The notes below the pieces were generated by a model. It saw only the letters and a program-made list of their open reading frames with translations. It was not told the DNA's origin and ran no database searches. DNA of 64,000 bases from Lingula anatina (taxonomy: Eukaryota; Animalia; Brachiopoda). The translations under genes and the position numbers were made by a program. Below, piece by piece: positions 12,410 through 25,400 of this stretch. Location: contig CM120642.1 in assembly GCA_051362555.1 (NCBI GenBank), forward strand, positions 310,001-374,000, written 5' to 3'. How positions within the stretch are numbered: position 1 is the stretch's first letter; every line of letters begins with the position of its first letter.

Positions 12410-13409
12410 TAAGCCACACTTTTTTATGGATGACATCCTGTGCACTCACTGATTTTGTCCGTTCTGAAAAAAAAAAGAAAAGAAAAAAAAAACACCCCCA
12501 ACGAAGTCGGTTGTCACAAACGTCGTTATTGAATTTGCTGGAAGATGAGCTTTCTGCGCATGCGTATTATCACCACGTGGAAATATGTCCTCTTTGCCGT
12601 GAAATGCATCTCTAAGATTACTTTCAAATTACACTACAATAAAGTCAAAAAGAGAACAGGGGTCGGAGTTTTGGATTTGTATGCCCCTGATATTGGGCAT
12701 GGAGACATCACCTTTTAACAATTAAATGAAAGGCTGGCGGTGGCCAGCGATTATCACCGGAACATTCTGTCCAAAGCAGCACATTGTAGCGCATTTTTGG
12801 GAGAGTGTAAAAGTCACCTGCCAGACCAGGGCTCGAACATTTCACTAACAGGGCGAGTGCTCTACCACCTGAGCTATCCGTCCGTTCTACCATGCGTCTG
12901 GCACTACAACATACTGGCATCAGTTTTTTTTTTTTTTTTTTTTTTTTTTTTGTAGCAAAAAAGGGAAGACAAGAGCGTGGAGGTATTTGGTGGGTTGAAG
13001 GTCGGACAGGCCTCCCGACAGTTTGGCTGCTTTGTGTGAGTCGAAGTAGACAAAATGGCATGGATGGAAATGACCATAAATAGATTTGGTAGTATTAAGC
13101 ATATCTTTCATCATTTTTTCAACATTTCTGTGAAGTGTTCATAGTGATTTAATATTCTGAGAGTACAAATAAAAGCACGCCGTTTGTTTGATATGTTAGT
13201 TTTATTGATTGCTATACCAACAAAATGCATGAAATAACCTTAAATAGATTTGGTAATTTGCAGCTTATCTATTCATGACTTTTTTTACCTTTATACGAAG
13301 TATTCACAATGCTTTAACATTTTGAGAGCATGGATAAAGACATATTGTTAGTTTGATACGTGCTACTGTTGTAAATTTGTGTTTCCAGCATTCCTTTACC
13401 TAAGCAGTA

Positions 13410-13442
<33 letters not shown>

Positions 13443-13527
13443 ACTGTTTTTTTTTTTTCACCCTCTCGCACCGAATTCGGGGTTACCAGAGGATGCCATC
13501 CATAAATATTAAAAAAGTGTGGCCTTA
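12410..13527. mobile_element. hAT-like non-autonomous DNA transposon, copy 1
   Basis: TIRs TAAGCCACACTTT / AAAGTGTGGCCTTA; degenerate 8-bp TSD CATTGATA / CATTAAGA; inverted homolog at 19179-20141. Confidence 0.75.
12785..12908 (-). mobile_element. 124-bp solo-LTR-like element containing a tRNA-like (Pol III A/B box) core
   Basis: TGTAGCGC...GCACTACA ends and ACAT TSD; absent from the sister hAT copy; minus strand reads TAGCTCAGGTGGTAGAGC...GTTCGAGCCC. Confidence 0.72.
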
Positions 13528-13593
13528 CATTAAGATCTCCTAAAAAGTAGGTCGAAAACGACTTACTTTACTACTCCCACTACACAATGACAG

Positions 13594-14270
13594 TAATACC
13601 CCCTTCACACTATAGGCGGAATGAGCAAAAATGCCGTCGGAGAGACTTTTCATTGTGCATTCCTGGATATTCAAAGAGCATTCTAAAAATTCTGAGTGCA
13701 TTCCAAATATTTTTACCTATTCTTGTGACCGGCCCGAATGTTTTGCTCATGTTAAAAACTTTCGAAGTGCATTCTAAGTGGAAAATTATCGAATGGCATT
13801 TGAATAGTATTCTAACTGCACTATGACTGCATTCTAAATATTCTCACCGCATTCCGACAGCATTCGAAACATTCTGATAACATTCGAAGGAGAACCGAAA
13901 TGACAAAACACTTCAAATCCTGCTAGAATGACCCAGAATGCAACTCGAATGCATCTTGATCCTATTTCAGCCAGCAATGGAACTACACTCGTACGGCATT
14001 CAAAGTGTATTTTAAATATTCTGACTGCATTCTGACAGCTTTGTTGATATTCCTAGTTTTCCAACTACATTCGAGCTGCATTTGAGAGCTAATACAGCCG
14101 AAATGTGCACGAATTATTCAAGGCGGATTCAAGCACATTCTGAGTATTCCAACGGTATTCTTACAAGAATTTAGGTCAATTTGAAATTTCTTCCTGAATG
14201 TAGCACGAATTTTTAAATTTAGTAATTCCAGCTGGTTCTGCTTGATTCCTGCTGATTCCGACGGGGACTT
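13594..14270. repeat. Partial non-autonomous DNA transposon rich in ATTC/GAAT motifs
   Basis: Starts TAATACCCCCTTCACAC, similar to the 16955 MITE end; many GCATTC/GAATG repeats; no matching right TIR seen. Confidence 0.45.
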
Positions 14271-15861
14271 AATTGAAGCAAAATGGTTCTTTTATTGAAT
14301 GTACTGAAGTCAGATCTAATTTAAGTTTTCATTCACAGGTACACAATACTTCAGCTCCAAACTTGCAAACAGATGTATTTTCATCTTTGCAAGCACTGAT
14401 CACATTAGTTATTCAGATAAGTCAGCATATGGAATGGAATAACATCACCCTTGTCATAATTCAGAATAATAGCAATCTGGAAGCATCTGTTGCTCTTAGA
14501 TCTCTTTCATTAATCTCTTTTTTTTATCAAGCCAAAACTTGTGGTAACACAGATATGATTTGGGGTTGTAATAAAAAAGTAGGAAGGAATGGTATAGCAA
14601 ACTAACTATGGGTGCTGCTTAAGGCGTAACACTTCCAAGAAAAATATCAGATTTCTTATATTTATCCTATACAGTATTGTAAATGTGCCTGATTGCTTAA
14701 CGATATCTGGGGATATTTTGCTGATATAGTTTTGTGCTTAAAATATATTAATTGCGGTGCAAGTTGTTTTGTAAAAAATATTCTTTCCGTTATATATAAT
14801 TTTTTTTTTTTTTTACTTACCAAATTGAAGGCAGGGAAATTTAAACTTCCCTTGTTCTCCTTCTGTTGCAGCCTCTATCTTCTGCAAGAGTAACTGGGGT
14901 TGGCCTGAGTCATTGATTAAGACACAAGTTGGATAACGGTATATGGACAACTGTTGAAACTGTTTTTGGTTCTTCTTGGAAAAGTCAGGCTCTTATCAAA
15001 CCAAATCAATATACCTGTCGCGATTTATTGATTTTACCTCACCGATTACGTAAGTAGGTAAGAAGTAAACAACTTTCATGTTGCTTCATATTCTTTATTG
15101 CCACTTTCCAAGTACCTTATCTACATTTTCGTCCTCTCCCTTAAACCTCTTACATCGCTCTACCTGTTTACATTACGGGAGACGAGCTGATATCAATCAA
15201 TTCAGTTAGGTTGTAAAACACTTCCCCCTCCTTATTCACTAGTGGCTGTCAGTTACTTACACTACATTATCTCCCGGGGACGATATGCCTGTCACTTGGC
15301 ACATTTGAAATTAAAATATAACTTTAAATAACCCTTCTTAAACACTTCATTTTTATCAGAAAGTCATACAAAAATATAGATAAGTAAATAGATTCTTTTT
15401 ATAAACGATAAAACAGAAACACAATAGACATAAAACCCAAAATATAACTCAAAGGGAGATAGATTGGTAACTTTTTGGAAAATACTTTAAGGATACATTC
15501 TTATTGGCATATACACCTTTTAATGTGTGGCCCAAGAGCACAGATAGTTTTTGTTCGTTTTCCCCCCGTGCTGATATTTTAATCTATTACTTTCGCATTA
15601 TGGCTTTGACGCATTTTTGTACGTTTCCTGTAAACAGCATTCACCACAACGTTGCGACCAGAGCATCGTTGATGACAAAGTACCTGTTTACCTTCATATT
15701 TACCCATGCAGTAGCACTCCTTTTTTGATGAATCTAAGAGAAACAATTGTTTATATCAAATTCAAGTCACAAAAAATTGGAAATCTCCCTTGATGTATAT
15801 ATATATATATATTCAGTTTTATGTCATCGTACTTACAAAAGTTAAATATACTGTTCATATA

Positions 15862-16647
15862 CAGACTTGACATTTAATATGGAATATTTTATCCAAATCA
15901 TAATTCATCAGTTTTTTTTCCTATTTTGCTGACTGATAAATGAAAATAAGGGTTAAAATCGTGTTTTAAAAACTTTTGATAATCTGTTCGATGTCATTGT
16001 GACATCAGTTCATTAACTGAATTCGCCAGTGAAGCAAACAAAAAATACATTGACTATTTTTAGCGACAACCATTGAAAGCGATATTTTGGATCTCCATAT
16101 TTTCCAAATTATCGTCTTTAAAAGAGTTCGCACGCCAACAAGGTCCCTCATGTCAGTGTCTAGTCATAGCAATGGTTGCTGTTACGCCGGACCTCATCTT
16201 GCTGCTACCAGAGCTTTCAAGCGGCAAAGCATTCCTTAGGATAGGTTTTTAGAGTTTAATCTGGAATAAAATTCCAGGCAACGGTTAAAACCTGTCCAAT
16301 TGGTTCAGTTTTGTTGTAGGACATGCAGGTTGTTGATTCGGCGAGTAATGACCTACCCACATATTGTCTATGTGGTTCAAATATGGCGACTTTGATGACC
16401 AAGGTAAGTGCTCATTCCCTTGGTTCTGTAAGTTATCTGCTATTAAAAGTGCTCTGTGTGAACCGGCAAACTCATGGTGCAACCTAAGGTGCCCTCTATC
16501 AAATGATTGTCACGTGGTTCCCACCTGACTTCATACTTCTCCAGTCAGATATCTTATGTGAGATCTGAGCTTTTTGAAAAAAAAGTACGCATTTTTACCA
16601 AGGTATACCTTTAAAACTGAAATATTCCATATTTAATGTCAAGTCTG
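15862..16647 (-). mobile_element. Tc1/mariner internally deleted element, copy 1
   Basis: TA-CAGACTTGACATT...AATGTCAAGTCTG-TA; decayed LPWSSKSPYLNHIDNMW (WP--SPDLNPIE-W-like). Confidence 0.8.
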
Positions 16648-16954
16648 TACTAATCGTTAACCGTCTGATTAAATATCGCTTACCAATAATCAAAAGATCT
16701 ATAAGCTAAATATAGCTATACAAAATTACGTCGTGTATGTAATATTCATTACATGATGCTTAATTACCTCTTGCAATATCAAGACTCAAGTTTGAAATTA
16801 TTAAATTTGAGTTCATTTTCACACAAGTTAATAGTTTCCATTGCATCCTTCATTTTAAATTATAGCACGAAGGCTCACTTCATATGTCAAATTATTCTTT
16901 CCAGACAGTGAATAACGCTTGTCACATGCAGTTCATTGTAGAATGGATGTCTTA

Positions 16955-17363
16955 TGCCCCTATTTCACACAGACCACGAATCCCACGAATCGCCAGGAAT
17001 TGACAAATTTCAGGATTCGTGAGGATCCTTGAGATTTTGCCAATTTCCTGGTCTAATTCGACACGCTCTACGATTCAGTTACGATACAGGTGCGATAGTG
17101 TTACGGATATTCGTGGGATTCAGCTGGAATCGCACATATATTGTCCAGAAATTCACTACGATTTTTTGGAATCGGGAGTTAGTGGCCAAAATTTTGAACA
17201 GATCAAAACTTTTGCCAAGAATTCCCGATTGATCAAGAACTGACTACGATTATATACGAATCTGTTGAGAACTTAACGAACTGATTACGATTCAACCACG
17301 AATCCTGAAATTTGTCAAGTCATGGCCATTCGTGGGACTCGTGGTCTGTGTGAAATAGGGGCA
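16955..17363. mobile_element. MITE with TTA TSD (PIF/Harbinger-like)
   Basis: About 65-bp TIR starting TGCCCCTATTTCACACAGACCACGA; TTA on both sides. Confidence 0.82.
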
Positions 17364-17591
17364 TTATTCGTGTACGTTGGCACAGAGTTTCCTGTATATC
17401 CACGAATGTGTAATGTCCTACGTTTACGGATACATCCGATGCAAATGACGCAGAAAAGCATGTCAAGAAAAACAACTGTCTTAGCAGTTATCTTCACAAT
17501 TCAATACAGTTATGTATATCAGGCAGTTTTAATTTGCCATGGTATTATTCATGCAGAAGGTTATAATAACAATATTATGTGTGTATAACCA

Positions 17592-18064
17592 TGCTAATAA
17601 TATGATAATATGCCCAATAACAGCAAAGCAATTACAAGTAATAATAAAACTGAATCTAGCGTCCCAGATAATTATATTTACATGTACATGACGTCATGCG
17701 CATCATTTTCCACTTCAACAACGTGTCTAGTTATATACGTAACTACGTCAGTCACATTTTAACCATATTATCCCTCGAAGCTTATCAAATAATATCCATA
17801 TAAGACCATTTATCATTGTATCATTTGTACTATTTGACCTTTAATTGCCCAACTTGCTAACTGATTTAGTGGACGCAGGAATCAGCACGATTCCATATCA
17901 ACGGCCTGTCAAGCAGAGAGGGAGAGACTCCGGGAGATTGCCATGACTGTTCCTGCTGCCTGTGCGCCAGGCTGTAGAACGTGTATGGGGAATAAAGACT
18001 ATTTGAAACTCCATGCTGGCTGCTGTGTTCACTTGAAACACTGTTCACCACAAAATTAGTAACA
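17592..18064 (+). mobile_element. Solo LTR with 5-bp TSD
   Basis: TGCTAATAAT...ATTAGTAACA ends, AACCA flanking both sides, internal AATAAA near 17991. Confidence 0.6.
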
Positions 18065-18411
18065 AACCACGGTTACAATATGTTATCTCCCTGCACATCT
18101 CCAAACATCCAGCTTAAAGGGATAATAACTCTTTGTTTTGGCCAAAAAATGAATTTTCCTGGAGTAAACAACAATTTTTCCATACTTACCAATGGTTAAT
18201 GAATCCATTTTTACATTCAAAGTTAGTCCCTGGTTTTTTTCTAAACAGTTTGGTTTTTTGTTAAAATCTCTTAAGAGATTATAACTGAGTACAGCCATCA
18301 ATGGAGGTCACGTGATCTGAAGACAAGCTCAGATATCTGAATAATAGCTATAACTGCCGTTTTTGTGGTAAAACAGAATATGTTATATTTCTATGAGTTG
18401 TTCACAATGTT

Positions 18412-18417
18412 TTTATT
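18412..18417 (-). promoter_or_regulatory. Candidate polyadenylation signal of GBP-B
   Basis: AATAAA on the minus strand about 295 nt after the stop codon. Confidence 0.4.
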
Positions 18418-18710
18418 GTGAAATATAGATATCATACGAAGAGTTATTATCCCTTTAATGGTGTCTAATTCCACGAATAACTTACGCCATGCTTCTATAA
18501 ATGCCATGAGGGGTATGGAGAGAAATTGATCACATTTTAGTTATCATGTTAGTGATCCAAATAGTGTTCAGTAAAGTCCTCATATTAGTGTTCCAAAAAA
18601 TAAATATGTATGGACAACTAACGACGTTGGATAAATGACATTAAAACATACTTGATTAGCATACCTGTAAACATCATTGCTAATGGCGATCTCTCTTAAA
18701 ATCATGTTTT

Positions 18711-18917
18711 TTATGAATCCCAATTAAATAATCTACTTAGCCATCCACGATTTTTTAGTTTTCGTACATGCTCCTCCGCTTGTTCGGCTCTCATGGCTGC
18801 GCGCTCTATTTGTATGCTTGCGCGTTCTGCTGCCATGGTCTTCTCAAGCATTTCCCGTTCATGTGCCAACTTCTGTGCTTCAGTCATTGTCTGTTCTTCA
18901 GCCCTCTTTTGGGCATC
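18711..18917 (-). CDS. GBP: GBP-B terminal coding exon (coiled coil plus amphipathic tail)
   Basis: Phase-0 acceptor ATGCAG; DAQKRAEEQTMTEAQKLAHEREMLEK...KLKNRGWLSRLFNWDS stop. Linkage across a 17-kb intron is inferred from phase and coiled-coil composition. Confidence 0.72.
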   Translation of the reverse strand, partial: DAQKRAEEQTMTEAQKLAHEREMLEKTMAAERASIQIERAAMRAEQAEEHVRKLKNRGWLSRLFNWDS

Positions 18918-21900
18918 CTGCATTAAAATAGACTTAAAACAATCCACACAGTCTAGGCTATTACCTGATAGGGGAAATTGTGTCTAGAAAAGCTCTTTCC
19001 TAAAACAAAACATATGGCCAGACACTTCTCACTGTGCACGAAGATTCTTACAGTTGGTCATTTAGTCGCTTTGCATTAGCAAGCTGCAAGTCCACCGGAA
19101 ATGGGGGAAAATTAATCGAAAAACATGGCGGATTAAATTTCCCTCTATGCTAAAGTTCTCAGATGATATCATACTTCATAAGGCCACACTTTTTTTTTAT
19201 TTTTATGGATGACATCCTCTGGGTACCCCAAAATCGGTGCGCGAGGGCGAAAAAAAAAACAGTCAAAAAAAATACTGCTTAAGTAAAGGAATGCTGTCAG
19301 TACACAGCTGGAAACACAAATTTTACCACAGTAACACGTATCAAACTAACAATATTTCTTTATCCATGCTCTAAAAATATTAAAGCATTGTGAATACTTC
19401 GTAGAAATGTAAAAAAGTCATGAATAGATATACTTCATATTACCAAATCTATTTAAGGTTATTTCATGAATTCAGTTGGTATAGCAATCAATTAAAACAA
19501 ATATCAATCAAACAGTGTGTCTTTATTTGTATTCTCAGAATATTAAAGCATTTTGAACACTTCACAGAAATGTTTAAAAAATGATGCAAAGATATGCTTA
19601 ATACTGCCAAATCTATTAAAGGTCAATTCGGACGATGCCATTTTGTCTACTACAACTCACACGAAGCAGCCAAACTGTCAGGTGGCCTGTCCGACCTTCA
19701 GCCCACCGAATACCTCGACGCCCTTGTCGTCCCTTTTTTCGCTACAGAAAACCTGGTATTAATGTGCTGCTTTGTACAGAATGTCACAGAAATTTTTCGG
19801 CCGCCGCCAGCCTTTCGCACAATTGTAAAAAGGTGATATCTCCATGCCAAATATCAATGGCATACCAATCCAAAACGATGGCGCCCGTTCTCTTTATGAC
19901 TTTTATTTTTGTGTTATTTGAAAGTAATCCTAGAGATGAATTTGACGGCAAAGCGGCCACATTTCCACGAGGCGATAATACGCATGCGCAGAAAGCTGAT
20001 TTCCTGGCAAATTCAATAACGACATTTGCCACAACCGACTTTGTTGGGGGCTGGGGGGGGGGGCTTTTTTTTCTTTGGAGAACGGGCGAAAATCGGTGCG
20101 CGCGCAGGATGTCATCCATAAAATTTACAAAGTGTGGCCTAATGCTTGACCACTTGTGTCAGGGAGGATGAGGTGTTTGACAGTTTGATCGTTATATAGC
20201 TGTGGACGGGAATCCTACAGCAGTAGATGGCAAAGACAGTGCTTGAACATTTGTGTCGGGGGGGGGGGGGGGGGGGGGGGGGTTGAGCCATTTGCTTGAA
20301 TGATTTTCTTAAGAGGCTTTTGTAAAACGCCACTGTATTACTTGCTACGGGATAAAATCGGCCTTAACTGCATACATAAGTGTCCACCCTAAGTATGTGT
20401 GGTGGTGAAATAAAAATGTCTTTTTTCGAATGTAGAACATTAGGAAGGCCTGGGAAATGTGCAGCATTGAGAAGTAATTAGAATTATCATCATTTTAAGA
20501 TTAACACAAACTGTGAATAAATCATTTGGTGCTGGTAGGAGGGGGTGGGTTGGGAAGTAAATGGGATGGGACGATGTTATCAAGGCTTTGGATTCTGCCC
20601 CATAGCTTCCTTTGGTCTACATCCATATATTTATGCAAGTCTAAGTCGAGTTGCAGTGTTTTTCCTGTAAATATATATATATATATATATTTTTTTTTTT
20701 GCTGAAATGCATTATTCAGGCCGAGAAAGTAAATTAGCCTGGTTGCTACGACGCGTAGGGAGGCATGTGAGAGGAGGATAGACCATTACAGGATTAGGCG
20801 GTCTTCCTTATTTAGGTCGCGGCCTAGCTAGCACTCGGCTCTTATCGATCTGAATGGGGCCTATGTAAACATCTGTGCAAATTGCGACAATTTATTATAA
20901 TTCCGCAATTTACTTTAATTAAAAAAAAAAATGCATCAAAAACATAATTAAAAGGGCAAATAAATGGCTGCAAAAGAACAAGTCTTTTAACTGATAAAGA
21001 CCTTCAACGAATCAAATATAAATACATATAAAGTAAAAAAAGATATACCTGCGGTCAAGACAAATTACAATAAAACATTATTTGGCTAAATTATACGAAA
21101 ACGAGAATCAACATATCTGTCAATGCTACTTTATGATCAAACCAAACATTAATTAATTCAGTCCTGACAATAATTCTTTCATTCTACTTCAAACATTACA
21201 TAGTGAATGATTATGAAACACATTATAGGTGTGTTGAGCCCTGTTTTTTTTTTTTTTCCTTTATAGTGAGCACGTATTTCAACAACTTGAGGGCAAAGAA
21301 GATAATGCACTGAACAGTGGAACCCACGTCAACAATACCAGATACGCAGACGCCACCGCGACCCCAAGATCTTGTTTGGGATGTCCCTTTGAAAGAAGAA
21401 CCGGAGATTAACTACGAGAAGACCTTCAGTATGCATGGTGATCTCCAAATAAATACAACCTACAACATGTGACCTAATATGCAATGAAATCCCTATTGAA
21501 CAAGTCCATTCTTTCAGTTACCTCGGGTCAATATTGACATTGGACAGAATATGTGAAAAGGAGATCAGAAGACAAATTGAGAATATCAATGACGCTAAAA
21601 TTAGACTCTAATTTGTATGATCTATTCTTTTGTATTTTGGGCATTCTTTTGTATGGTAGAGAGGCATATACTCTCTCGGCTGCAATAACTAAAAACACAG
21701 AGGCTGCAGACATGTGCTTCTACCGTCGAATACTGCGTAACTCATATAATGCTCATGAAGCTAACATCTTGGTTGTCAACAGAATTGGACAAGACCAACA
21801 ACTCCTCAATGTCTGTCACGCCTACCGAATCAGCTAGGGGAACGATTATTACCCCCTAGCAGCTTTACTAGGCGTGACAGACGTTTAAGCCGGTTAGTTG

Positions 21901-22439
21901 GATAGCAATTTAGTGAGACTTCTTTAGGGAGATAGATCAATCCAAATATCTGTGGGAATGGTCCCTTGGGAAAGATAAAAAATATTTCATCAATTCTGAA
22001 GACCAGAAACCCAGCCCTGTTTAAACCTCTGTCTCCTTAAATCCCAACATACCATTTATTTGCATATCTTGCTAAGATAATGACAAACAAGTAGGACGGA
22101 TAATCACTTGTAAAACTAGACAAATTGCAGAACGGTTGTTAAGTTATATGACCTGTATAATCTGGATGTATTGAAAACTCACATGCACACTTGTCCTATT
22201 GGGGAGTTGCTGAGTTGTCCAACCGGGGAACTGTCCAAGGGTGGGGGTGGGGGGTGTCTTGATACCTGTTTAAGGATTATTCTTTTAAAAGGGAAAAAAC
22301 AAAACAATGTCTTTTAATGGCATAATTTTAATTATTAAAATACCTATACCAGTATTACCCAAAATATGTACAGACTTGACATTTAATGTGGACTATTTCA
22401 GTTTCGAAGGTATGCCCAGGTAAAAATGCACTCTTTTTT

Positions 22440-22482
<43 letters not shown>

Positions 22483-25400
22483 AACTCCGATCTCATATAA
22501 AATATGAGAATGGAGAAGTGTGTAGGCAGGTGTGTCGCTACCAATTAACGGATTACCAGTTCTGTTGTGCTGCTGCAAGGTCATTAAAAGCGTCAGTATT
22601 TGGAGTGGATATGACATTGGTGCCAATACACCAATGGTAGTCATCAACGAAAACCTGAACCAGATCAAATAAAGCAATAATCTGGGAACCACTTGGTTAT
22701 CGTTTGATAGGGGGCATTTTTGTAACAAATTTAGGTTGCACGGTGAGATTGCCGACACAGGGCACTTTTAATGGCCGATAACTTACAGAACCAAGGGAAT
22801 AAGCAGCTGCCTTCGTCTTCAAAATCGCCATATTTGAACCACATACAGGTAGACAATATGTGGGTAGGCCGTTACTCGCCGAATCAACAGCCTACGTGTC
22901 CTACAAAAAAACCTGACCGAATTGGACAGATTTTGACCGTTGCCTGAAATGTTATTCCAGATTGAACTCTAAAAACCTATCTCAAGGAGTGCCTTGCCGC
23001 TTGAGAGCTCTGGTAGCAACCAGAAGAGGTCAGGGGTAACAGCAACCGTTACTGTGATTAGATACTGAGATCAGTGTCCTTTTTGGAGGGTGTAACTTAT
23101 TAAGTTATTAAAGCACGATTTCAATCATTATTTTCAGTTACCAATCAGCAAAATAGAAAAAACTGATGGAAATTGATTTGGAAAAAAAAATGTTCCATAT
23201 TAAATGTCAAGTCTGTAGTTTTAAATTTTCAAATATGTCTATATTTCCACGGCACCAAGACAGCAGTAACAATGATATCCAGAGAATGGCTGTACAAACG
23301 GAGTGCCAATATTTTTGTGATTCCTTACTTCACCTTTTCAATTCAGTTGATCACTTGCATCATGCTGATGATGATGGGCAGCTCATATTATACAGATTGC
23401 GGTAAAGTGTTCGCTGTTAAAGCACATTATTGATGGACATTAGATAAATTAATTTCCCTGTCAATTCAAATGACCGTATCATACAAGAAGAAAACATAGC
23501 AGCTACATGTATATGTACAATTCTTCATTAAGTTTTAGCTGTCATGTGGGCATAGGAAAAATTGTACAGACGCTCCCCGCAAGAAAATGCAGTAGTATCG
23601 AAGTAGCAAAGAAGCATTAACGCAGTAGTGGCGTGGAGCATATTTGCAGTAGAAATGCAGTATAGCCTACTGCAATTCTACTTCAAAAATTACATAGGGT
23701 TGTACAGAGGAGGAGCATTAATGCAGTAGATTAGCAGCATGATAGAAGCATGTTTCAAATATGCTAATTAGCTCCCACATCGAAGCAGATTTGAAGCATG
23801 TTTGTAGTATGATTGCAGTAGTCTACTGCGCTGGAGTATCTACTTCGTTTTCGTGCGGGCGCGATCTACTCATTCAGCATCTACTCCTGCTGTAAATGCA
23901 AGAACGATTTGATCCTGAATATTATGGTATTTTTGAAAATGATGTTATACACTCTTGCCCAAAATGGTTGGTACACGGAAATTTTGAGATGCATATCGCC
24001 CTGTTTCTTTCATTATTATTGATAGTACCAAATTAATACTGTTTATATAGTTAAATATGTGAAGCTGGAGGATTGGTTAAGTCAAGGAGAAACAACCAAT
24101 GCAAATGTGAAAAAAGCGTTAATTTATTTAGGTTTTTTTTTCTCATGCCCCAAAAAGAGTACTTTTTTTTTACATAACAGAACCAAGTGAAAAGTTAAAC
24201 ATAAATTTATACTGTGATTGACAATTAATATGAAATTAGGGGAAATTGTCAAGAAACATCTTCAGAGTTCATTATTAATCTCAATAGCGGGTATGCCCAC
24301 CCCGAGCTTGGATAATGGCTGCCAAACGGCGTGACATGCTGTGAACTAGAGTCGCAACTCTTTAGAGAGGAATTCTGGTCCATTCATATTGAAGGGCATC
24401 TCGCAGTTCATCTAGATTTGCAGGGGGAGGGTTTCTCCTCTGAATAGCACGACCAAGTTCGTCCTACATGTGCTCAATTGGGTTTGCATCTGGGCTTCTT
24501 GCTGCCTGTTGCATCAGCTGAATGTTGTTTTGTTGTATAAAGTCTGCAATTAAGCAGGTTGTGTGTTGAGTTGCATTGTCATGTTGCAATCTAAAATTGT
24601 CTCTGTATATCCTACTTGCGAACGGCTCGAGGTTCTGCTGGAGAATGTCTCTGTATCTGGCAGCGTTAGGGTTTTCATCCAGAGGAACCAATGGGCAAAT
24701 GCCATTGCTGCAAATGGCACCCCAAACATGTACAGAATCCCAGGCACACTCATTCAGGTGACGATGAACAGATACATTTCTTTTGAACACACTTATGAAC
24801 TTATTGCTGATAGATAGCATTTTATATATATTCAAGAGTGTAATTTTCATTTTGCACAATAACTGACTTCAATCCACATAATTCAAGGATGTACTGTATA
24901 GCTAAAGAATTATGTTAAAAAGGGTAAAAACAATTCTTATTCATATAACATGTTTATATGTTACTGCTATTTCACCTAATGGAAATTTCAAGCTTTAGGC
25001 CTTGTACAAGGTAACTTTGGGTTCACAAAACTGCAACAGGTGTGAAATATCTTCACACTTGTTATCAGCCCACATTCAGTCTTTGTTCATTAGCTTAATT
25101 CACAAGCTAAGATTCACAGCATAGAAAAATAAAAAATATATATATTGTAATGAAACAAATTTTTAACAATCGTTATCAAAGTAATTCCTATCATTATGGG
25201 CCATAAAGACCCCCATGGGAGCGTCCGGTAAATATTTGGGCGTTTGTAACAATTTATTGATTCATGTGACTGGAACCATTACCCTCGTCAGCACTGTGGC
25301 CAATAATTCTGGCGAGTTATACAACATGAGGAGGACGACCTTGCGGTACAGAAGTAACATTCTGCTGCTGCTAACGTCTTCACGAGCTTACCTATACCCC

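Noticed and set aside
12800-12885. Possible tRNA gene
   Set aside because: A and B boxes are present, but the anticodon/variable region is shortened and the acceptor stem is poor; it sits inside a TSD-flanked insertion
13594-17363. Regularly recurring short motifs that might suggest a CRISPR-like array
   Set aside because: Eukaryotic context, no constant repeat-spacer period and no cas genes; these are MITE subterminal repeats
12430-20171. Similar short ORFs at 12430-13114 and 19553-20171
   Set aside because: Chance frames in two copies of the same non-coding hAT-like element
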